A stretch of DNA of 64,000 nt from an uncultured bacterium (GTDB taxonomy: Bacteria > Krumholzibacteriota > Krumholzibacteriia > Krumholzibacteriales > Krumholzibacteriaceae), in NCBI GenBank assembly GCA_963786935.1, contig CAWBAN010000001.1:1120001-1184000 (forward strand), written 5' to 3'. Position numbers and translations under genes: made by a program. The notes beneath the pieces are model-generated. The model saw nothing but the letters and a program-made list of their open reading frames with translations, was not told the origin of the DNA and searched no databases. Below are positions 54,722-64,000 of the stretch, piece by piece; within the stretch, counting starts at the first letter, position 1; each line of letters opens with the position of its first letter.

Positions 54722-56250
54722 TCGGCGCTCACCCCCCCGAACCAGATCCTCGCCGCGAGAGAGATGAAGCGCTCGTGCGAAGGGGCCTGCGGCTCGAAGG
54801 CGCGGCCGATCTCGATCCCCTCGAATGACGGAACGAACGACCCGAACGCGATCATCATGAGGAATTGATCCCGCGGACGAAATTCGATCTCGACGTTGTA
54901 GAGGCTCGTTTGAGAACGATACAGGTAGAGCACGCTCCGGGCCGTGATCCGGGAGCCGACGTTGATCGCCCCGTCCGTCCCGAACGAAAGATCGTTCGCC
55001 GCGCCGAGATCGTCGAGACGGGCGATCATCGAGACGCGCGAGCGGGCGTTGTCGTTCGAGACGCCGACGAGGGCCGACGATCGCCTGCCCGCGCTGCACA
55101 GCAGGCTCTCCCTCAGCTCGAACCCGCCCTGGTATCTCGTCCGGGCGCTCACGATCAGGCGCCTGAAATCCCCCTCGCTCCCGGACCCGTCCGAAGCCTC
55201 GATCGAGGCGAGCGCGTCGTATTCGGCGCTCTTCCACCACGCGACGCAATAGTTCTCCTCCTCACCCGGAACGACCTCTCCCTGCGGATCGAGAAATTCG
55301 CTGCCGGCGAAGCGGTATCCCGGAACGATTCCCACGGTGCCCAGACGCCCGAGCGGGACGTCGGGAACCTCGATCTCGCCCGAGAACGCGTCGTTCGGGG
55401 AAAACACGGCGCCGATTCCGTCGGATCCGAGAGCGTCCGGCTCGAGATCGAAGAATGAGCTCTCCTGCAAATCCCCCCACGATCCGCTCCGGCTGCGCGC
55501 GAGCTCCGCGTAAATACCCGCGCGGCCGATCCTGAGGCCGAGATCAGTCCCGACCGTCACGAAATCCCCGTTCGGCGTCGACCGGATTTCCGACAGCGTG
55601 AATCCCGCGTACCAGCGCTTCCCCGCCCCCGCCTCGAGGCGAAGCGTCTGGAGCGCGTCATCGCCGCCATCGAACGCCGGGAGCCCCCCGTGCGCGCCGA
55701 TCGCGGCCGAGTCCTCGAGCACCGATCCGATATAATCGAGCGCGAAATGGCCGCCCACCCGCGCTTGAACCACCAGCCCCTCACCGCGCCCCTCGACGAA
55801 GGGGGATTCGTCGGAGAGGCCTCTCAGCAGCTGCCGCCCCACGCGAAAGACGCGCTCGCGCGCGAAAGCCCTCGCGCGCACGGCGCCGCCCCATGCATTG
55901 AGCTCGGCGTGCCATTGATCGAGGATGAACTGCTCGGTCTGCAGATTCCAATCGAGACGCATCCCCGTGGCGCCCTTGGCGAACATCGAAAACCGGCCGT
56001 GGAAATCGACATCGCCGAGGACGGCGAGGCGGTCGTTGAGGTGGGACAGGGAGGCCTCGTCGTTCCATGGAAAACCGGCCGATGAGCGGTCGAACACGAG
56101 GCTGCTCCGATAGAGCGCGGACCATCGAAACACGGTCGCGGAATCGGCATCGCCGCAGCGCGCCGCGGGCGGCGCGGCAAAAGCGGACGCGACGAAGGCG
56201 AGCACGACGCCGCAGACAAAATCGATGCCGCCCTTCCGTCCTCCCGTCAC
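54718..56250 (-). CDS. Predicted outer-membrane beta-barrel hypothetical protein
   Basis: Signal peptide; amphipathic strands ending ISLAARIWF; GTGA overlap with the upstream stop. Confidence 0.7.
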   Translation of the reverse strand: MTGGRKGGIDFVCGVVLAFVASAFAAPPAARCGDADSATVFRWSALYRSSLVFDRSSAGFPWNDEASLSHLNDRLAVLGDVDFHGRFSMFAKGATGMRLDWNLQTEQFILDQWHAELNAWGGAVRARAFARERVFRVGRQLLRGLSDESPFVEGRGEGLVVQARVGGHFALDYIGSVLEDSAAIGAHGGLPAFDGGDDALQTLRLEAGAGKRWYAGFTLSEIRSTPNGDFVTVGTDLGLRIGRAGIYAELARSRSGSWGDLQESSFFDLEPDALGSDGIGAVFSPNDAFSGEIEVPDVPLGRLGTVGIVPGYRFAGSEFLDPQGEVVPGEEENYCVAWWKSAEYDALASIEASDGSGSEGDFRRLIVSARTRYQGGFELRESLLCSAGRRSSALVGVSNDNARSRVSMIARLDDLGAANDLSFGTDGAINVGSRITARSVLYLYRSQTSLYNVEIEFRPRDQFLMMIAFGSFVPSFEGIEIGRAFEPQAPSHERFISLAARIWFGGVSAE

Positions 56251-57113
56251 GGCGCCTCCCCGTCGGGCGCGCTCCCGAGACGCGCCTCGCACGCGACCGT
56301 CCACGTAACGCCGTCGTCCCCCGCCGCCGCGAACGCGACGACAGCCCCGACGCGCTTCCCCGTCCAGCGCGCGCCTCCCGTGACGTTCCCGTCCGAGAAT
56401 CCCGCGAGGAGCTCGAGCGGCACGGCGGTTTTCACGCCCATTCCGTAATGGAGCGTCGTCCGGCCGGCGAGGCGCTCCGCCGCGCAGGAGAGAACGATCC
56501 GGTCCTCCCAGAAGTACGAAGCGCCGTACCGCTGCGCGCGGCGCCATGATTCGCCGTCCGGGCCGGAGCCCGGATGCGCGTCCGCTATGTTGGCGACCGA
56601 ATAGGCGAAGGCCAGCACGGGAAGCGGCTTCAGGATGACGCCGGCATCTCCGCTCGCTTTCCACGACGAGTCGCGCTCGCCGGTATCCGGCAGGTCGCGC
56701 GAGACGCCCCCGATCGTCGCGTTCGCGCCGATCGACAGGAACGATCCCTGCGCCCCCTCGATGAGCCGATGGGCGACGCCGACGGCGACGAGGTCGTCCG
56801 TTCCGTCCCCGGCTCCGGAGCGATACCAGCCGATCCCCGCGCGCGTGTTCCCCCGGCCGGCCGCGAAGCACGCTCGTGACCGGCGCGCCCCGCCCGTTTC
56901 GGCGGGTTCGGCGTAATCCCCGTAGATCGCGTACCGCGGGGAAACCACGATGCCCGCCGGATTCACGAACAGCGCCGACGGACCGTCGGCGAGCGAAACG
57001 AGCACTCCTCCCATCGCCTCGGAGCGGGCCACGGTTGAAGATTGGTCGAGGTGGGCTTCGGCTGACGCGCCGAACGTGCACGAAACGAGAAGAACGAAGA
57101 GGCGCCGTTTCAT
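56247..57113 (-). CDS. PorV/FadL-like outer-membrane barrel
   Basis: Signal peptide; ARSEAMGG...SALFVNPAGI; DAGV; VANI. Alternative GTG start at 57116. Confidence 0.7.
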   Translation of the reverse strand: MKRRLFVLLVSCTFGASAEAHLDQSSTVARSEAMGGVLVSLADGPSALFVNPAGIVVSPRYAIYGDYAEPAETGGARRSRACFAAGRGNTRAGIGWYRSGAGDGTDDLVAVGVAHRLIEGAQGSFLSIGANATIGGVSRDLPDTGERDSSWKASGDAGVILKPLPVLAFAYSVANIADAHPGSGPDGESWRRAQRYGASYFWEDRIVLSCAAERLAGRTTLHYGMGVKTAVPLELLAGFSDGNVTGGARWTGKRVGAVVAFAAAGDDGVTWTVACEARLGSAPDGEAP

Positions 57114-57607
57114 CACCGGGGACCTTTGGCCTCGTCGAGCCGCTTCAATCCCTCGAGTATCAGATGGTCCAGCTTGACTTCGAGATAGATGTCCTCATCC
57201 TGGGGAATCGCGTCGCGGAAGAAGACAAACTGCCCCTTATGCCACGACAGCACCTCGTAGACGACTTCCTTCATCTGCTCCTGAATCGCCTCGACGAGCG
57301 TGTTGTAGTCGAGATACGCGCGCTCGATGAGCACATGGCCGATACGGCCGCGGCCCTCGTTCATCATATGGTCGCGGAGAACCTTGGCGAGCTGTTCCTC
57401 CGTCAACAAACCTTTTTCGACGAGGAACTTCCCCAGCTTCCTCTTCCTGGTGTCTATCGTGGCGTAGACGAGATCCCCTTTTTTGAAGTAGAAGCTCGCC
57501 ACGTTGTCGTGTGTCACGAACTTGATCTCGCCCGTGAGCCCCGAGAAGCTCATGATCTGAAAAACGACCGAAGGGTCGAGGACCGAGAGATCCCCCCCGA
57601 AATCCAT
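57113..57607 (-). CDS. DUF4388 (PatA-N-like) domain protein
   Basis: GDLS...VFQIM..SGLTGEI, YFKKGDLVYA, LGKFLVEKG, IGHVLIE, SWHKGQFVF, LILEGLKRLDE; AAGGAGG RBS. Confidence 0.85.
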   Translation of the reverse strand: MDFGGDLSVLDPSVVFQIMSFSGLTGEIKFVTHDNVASFYFKKGDLVYATIDTRKRKLGKFLVEKGLLTEEQLAKVLRDHMMNEGRGRIGHVLIERAYLDYNTLVEAIQEQMKEVVYEVLSWHKGQFVFFRDAIPQDEDIYLEVKLDHLILEGLKRLDEAKGPR

Positions 57608-57660
57608 CACGAACCTCCTTTGGCGCCACGGCCGCCGCGCGGAGCGGCCCGGCGGTTCCT

Positions 57661-60405
<2,745 letters not shown>

Positions 60406-60428
60406 GGGAGACCTCCTATCTTAATTCA

Positions 60429-60504
60429 TATCAATACATTGCGCATTCCACCGCGCACCGCGTCACACCCGATGAGTCTATATTCAAACGGGGAACAATG
60501 GCAA
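60429..60504 (-). promoter_or_regulatory. Putative ppdK promoter with an IHF consensus in the leader
   Basis: TTGCCA (60504-60499)-N18-TAGACT (60480-60475); TATCAAtacaTTG on the plus strand at 60429-60441. Confidence 0.45.
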
Positions 60505-60571
60505 CGTAATTATATCTCCGATGAGCGCCCGCGATGCGGGGCGGCGCCGGGGCAGCGAAGGCGCGGCGGCG

Positions 60572-62365
60572 TCAACGCAGCATGACGGTCTTGACCGTTC
60601 GCAGCGACGAACCGTAGCTCACGGCGATAAAGTAGACGCCGCCGGAGGCGCGCTCCCCTCGATCGTTCGTGCCGTCCCACGCGACCGTCAGAGAATCCCG
60701 AAGCGATTCCCCGCCGGCGAGCGTCTTGACGAGCGCGCCGCGGCAGTCATAGACCCTGACCGCGACCGCCGCCGGGGCATCGAGGGTAACCGAAAGGTTC
60801 GTGGATACCGTAAAGGGATTCGGAAAGGCCCGCAGCGAGGCGACGGTCCCGGGCGGCGGCGACGTCAGCGCGACGTTCGGGATACCCCACCCGTACACGT
60901 TGTCTGGGGTGGAGCTCCGCGAAGCCGTGGCCCGCAGCGTGTCGCGCAGCGCCATCGGGCTCCAGTCGGGGTGCTGCTCGAGCAGCAGGACGCAGACGCC
61001 CGCGACGAGCGGCGCCGCGTAGGAAGTCCCGTTGTGCGCGCCGTAGGACGAGGAGCCCGAGACGCTCCACACGCCCGAGCCGGGCGCGACGAAATCGGGT
61101 TTGATACGTCCGTCCGCGGTCGGGCCGCGCGAGCTGAACGACGCGATCACCCCGTTGCGGTCCACCGCGCCGATGGCGAACACGCTGTCCCCGTCCGCCG
61201 GCGCCACGAGCCCCGAGATGCCCTGGTTCCCGGCGGAATTGACGACGACGATCCCGTGAGAAACGGCGATATCCGCGGCGCGGGTGCAGAGCGCCGTGTT
61301 GCCGTCGAGATCCGCGCCGTCGTACCACAGGATATATCCGAGCGAGCTCGAGACGACATCGGCTCCCGCGCTGTCGGCCCATTCGATCCCGGCGACCCAG
61401 TGGTCCTCCTCGATGGGAATCTCGTCGTTCTCGATCTCGGTCTTGGCGAGCAGATACCGCGCTCCCCACGCCGGTCCGATGAGATTCCCCTCGGCGTGCC
61501 CCGCGAGAACGCCGAGCACCGTCGTTCCGTGCGTGTCCTGACCGGGCGGATCGCCCGCCTCGTTCGCCGTCACGGAATCGCCGTTGATGAAATCGTATTG
61601 CGCCTCGACGCTCACGTGCGCGAGCGCGGGATGATCGAGCCTGAATCCGGTATCGAGGAGCGCGATGAGCACGGGCGCTCCGCCGGAAACGCTTCCCGAA
61701 CCGTTCGCGCCGCTCTCGAGAAGACCGATGAGCCCGAGCTGATTCAGCTGCTCGTAGCTTTCCCCGTAATCGAGGGCGTCTTCCGCGCCGGGCGCGCCGG
61801 CCGGCCGGGAGTTCCGCGGTTCCTCGGGCGGACCCTCGGGAAGGCGCCGGAACGACGCGACCAGGTCCGCCGAGCGCACGAACTGCCGTCCGCAGACAGC
61901 CCCGACGTCCCGGGCTTCGATCTCGACGCTCACCGAGTTGAAATAGCGCGAGACATGGCGGATCCTCGTCGCGTGACGGCGGATGGAATCGACGTACGCC
62001 GGCTGCACGGAGCGGTCGCTCTCATCCGTCGCGGCGCGCGCCCGGGCGCCTCGGCGCTCGGCCGCCCGCGCGGAAACGCGCGGCGGCGCGGGCGGCGACT
62101 GAAATCCTCTGTCGGCGAGATGAAACCAAACCGCGATGGTGTCTGAGGGAAGGGCGGCCGCGAGACGCTCGCGAAGCCGCGCGGAGCATTTCAGCGATAC
62201 GGCGGGACCGGACGAGGCGGACGCCGCTCCGACGGCCGAATCCCCGGCGCCGCCCGCGAACATCACGAGCGCCGCCCCGGCGATGATCGCGGCAGGGGCC
62301 CCGCGGCGGCCGCTTCGCGCGCCGCCGCCTCTCCATCGGACGCGTCTGCGGACAATGCTCGTTAT
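60572..62365 (-). CDS. Secreted S8 (subtilisin-like) serine peptidase with an FlgD/T9SS-type CTD; probable ATA start at 62365 (first canonical start GTG at 62266)
   Basis: Catalytic LDTG, HGT, GTSYAAP; SAGN; C-terminal FPNPF...VYDCRGALV...WDGTNDRG...SGGVYF. Confidence 0.9.
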   Translation of the reverse strand: MTSIVRRRVRWRGGGARSGRRGAPAAIIAGAALVMFAGGAGDSAVGAASASSGPAVSLKCSARLRERLAAALPSDTIAVWFHLADRGFQSPPAPPRVSARAAERRGARARAATDESDRSVQPAYVDSIRRHATRIRHVSRYFNSVSVEIEARDVGAVCGRQFVRSADLVASFRRLPEGPPEEPRNSRPAGAPGAEDALDYGESYEQLNQLGLIGLLESGANGSGSVSGGAPVLIALLDTGFRLDHPALAHVSVEAQYDFINGDSVTANEAGDPPGQDTHGTTVLGVLAGHAEGNLIGPAWGARYLLAKTEIENDEIPIEEDHWVAGIEWADSAGADVVSSSLGYILWYDGADLDGNTALCTRAADIAVSHGIVVVNSAGNQGISGLVAPADGDSVFAIGAVDRNGVIASFSSRGPTADGRIKPDFVAPGSGVWSVSGSSSYGAHNGTSYAAPLVAGVCVLLLEQHPDWSPMALRDTLRATASRSSTPDNVYGWGIPNVALTSPPPGTVASLRAFPNPFTVSTNLSVTLDAPAAVAVRVYDCRGALVKTLAGGESLRDSLTVAWDGTNDRGERASGGVYFIAVSYGSSLRTVKTVMLR

Positions 62366-63282
62366 CGTGCCCTCCGGCGCCCCTGCGGCGCGGGGCGATG
62401 AAACCGCCCGATGCCGAGGTAATGCGCGATGTTGGCGTTCTGCTTCATTTTCGGCGCGATCAGCTTGCTCGCCGCCGTCATGATCACCGTGACGCCGGGA
62501 CCGTGGCCGCTGACGAGGCAGGAGGCGTGCACGACGACGCCGATCGTGATCGCGCCCGTCTTGACCGATCGACCGAACCTGCAGTCCGCGTCGCGTATGG
62601 CGACGACGTCGCCGAGCCGAAGGCTCTGCAGCCCGTACTTCCGCAGCAGATCCTTGTCGGAAACCTGGATGTCGAAGTCGCCGCTGAAGCTGTGCCGCGA
62701 TCCGGTGCCCGATCCCATGATCGCGGCCGGAATGACGTGCGTCACCGGCACGACGAGCTGTTTACCCTGCGCGGCGATCCCCATTTTCCGGAGCAGCTGC
62801 GGATCGACGCTCATCACCTGCACGTCGGGAAAATCCCGGAGCTTGAGCCCCTGGCCGAACGCGCGGATCTGGATCCGGTCGCCGACGACGAGCTTGTCGA
62901 GCACCGAAGGCGCGAAATCGACGATGACATGCTCGACGCCACCGTGCTTGCCGGTCACGACGCCTCGAGCGAGCTGCGCCTCGCCGCTCACGACGCGCGC
63001 TTCGTTTCCGATGCAGGCGAGAATGCAGAGCGCCCCGAGGCTCGCGCCGTCCTTCTCACGCTCGTCGAGCGTCATGCTCACGGCGGGCTCGACGTGATCC
63101 CCCGTGAAGTCGAAGGCCGAGTCGCCGACCACGACGTTATACGTGATGCCGCCGACGCCGGGGAGCACGTGAACGCCCCCTCCCTGATCGACGAGGTACG
63201 GATTCTTGAGCGGTATCCGCGGATGCACGATCGCTCCGGCGACGGACTGCATCACGCACGATTGCTCGTTCGTTCTCAGCAT
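62362..63282 (-). CDS. DUF4438 family protein
   Basis: MLRTN, PGVGGITYNV.VGD, DHVEPAVS, ACIGNEA, TGKHGG.EH, GHGPGVT. Confidence 0.8.
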   Translation of the reverse strand: MLRTNEQSCVMQSVAGAIVHPRIPLKNPYLVDQGGGVHVLPGVGGITYNVVVGDSAFDFTGDHVEPAVSMTLDEREKDGASLGALCILACIGNEARVVSGEAQLARGVVTGKHGGVEHVIVDFAPSVLDKLVVGDRIQIRAFGQGLKLRDFPDVQVMSVDPQLLRKMGIAAQGKQLVVPVTHVIPAAIMGSGTGSRHSFSGDFDIQVSDKDLLRKYGLQSLRLGDVVAIRDADCRFGRSVKTGAITIGVVVHASCLVSGHGPGVTVIMTAASKLIAPKMKQNANIAHYLGIGRFHRPAPQGRRRAR

Positions 63283-63486
63283 AGTTCAACCCTTCGTTTC
63301 CCCGCGCGCGCTCCGCGGTGAGCCTCCCCTGTTCCCTCGTTCGAGCCGATACGCGAATCCTCGCGAACTCCTGCGGTAAGATGTGATGTTCCCAGAAAAT
63401 ACGGCCCGCGTCAAGATGATTGAAAATCGCGCTTCGCCGTCCCGCCGCGCGGGGGCGCGGCCCCCCGGGAGTCCGGTGGAACCGTC

Positions 63487-63522
63487 AAAAAAAAGAGCCG
63501 CTCCCTGCGCGGGGAGCGGCTC
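63487..63522 (-). terminator. Intrinsic terminator
   Basis: 11-bp stem gagccgctccc/gggagcggctc followed by T8 on the minus strand. Confidence 0.88.
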
Positions 63523-63542
63523 GATACCGGCGGGCGCCGGAA

Positions 63543-64000
63543 TCATCTGATGACGATGATCTTCCCGTACTGTTCCGATCCATCGGCCGAATTCTCGCAG
63601 CGGTAGACATAGACGCCCGAGTTCACTTCCTGCCCGTTCTTGTTCTTCACGTTCCAGATAATGATCCCGTCATCCCCCGTCGGGCTGCTGTGGTGCGCTT
63701 CCCACACGAGATCCCCCGCCACCGTGTAGATCTTGATATCGGCTTCCTTCGGCACGTTGAAGAACTTGATGCTGTTGTCGGGATAGTTGTGATAGAAGGG
63801 ATGCGTCTCCGCGGTCGTTCCCGTGCGATAGGGATTCGGCACCGCGTACACGAGCTGCATATCGGTGCCCGCGTCGACGGTCACCGTGATGACCTTCGCG
63901 ACTTCCTCGCACGGAACCGGATTGTCCGGATCGGCGGGATTGGCGAGATCCTCGTCGCAGATAAAATTATCCTGCTTGTTGAACAGCGTCATGCCCTTGA
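63543..64000 (-). CDS. 3' end of a secreted protein with a T9SS-type C-terminal sorting domain (partial; starts beyond the window)
   Basis: YAVPNPY, IKFFNVP, IKIYTVAGDLV, WNVKNKNGQEVNSGVYVY, GKIIVIR. Confidence 0.85.
   Translation of the reverse strand, partial: KGMTLFNKQDNFICDEDLANPADPDNPVPCEEVAKVITVTVDAGTDMQLVYAVPNPYRTGTTAETHPFYHNYPDNSIKFFNVPKEADIKIYTVAGDLVWEAHHSSPTGDDGIIIWNVKNKNGQEVNSGVYVYRCENSADGSEQYGKIIVIR

Noticed and set aside
63283..63486. Possible tRNA/ncRNA or 86-aa ORF in the intergenic region
   Set aside because: No cloverleaf or recognisable RNA motif; the ORF crosses the terminator and has no motif

Overview
GC-rich bacterial chromosomal window with about 40 genes, nearly all on the minus strand. 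I saw no rRNA, tRNA, CRISPR array or intact mobile element. LPS genes (waaA, GT9), PorV-like barrels and several T9SS/FlgD-type C-terminal sorting domains suggest a diderm FCB-group organism outside the Bacteroidota (inference only). The left part is mostly housekeeping: uvrA-galE, mazG, OmpA with TSP3 repeats, two XRE-cupin regulators, GT9-waaA-radical SAM, purD-purE-tsaC, and aminotransferase-carbamate kinase-LarA family. The most striking element is a ~24 kb operon (27.6-51.5 kb) behind a consensus sigma54 promoter with an IHF site. It encodes a ~4950-aa Ig-repeat surface protein with a mosaic 303-bp repeat array and a sorting CTD; a PorV-like barrel fused to TPRs; a 1421-aa membrane protein fusing a whole partner-switching circuit (RsbW-like kinase, periplasmic sensor, HAMP, PP2C phosphatase, IS481-transposase-like HTH, three STAS); a ParA with no ParB in the window; a TPR protein; and two STAS proteins. 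All five STAS domains carry an unusual GWG motif. Upstream lies a closely linked ppdK-DUF4388-PorV-like-barrel-barrel/CBM48-CBM48 lipoprotein cluster. Two single-G frameshifts in homopolymer runs (uvrA, porV-like) are most likely sequencing errors. All family assignments come from motifs recognised by eye; no database searches were run.
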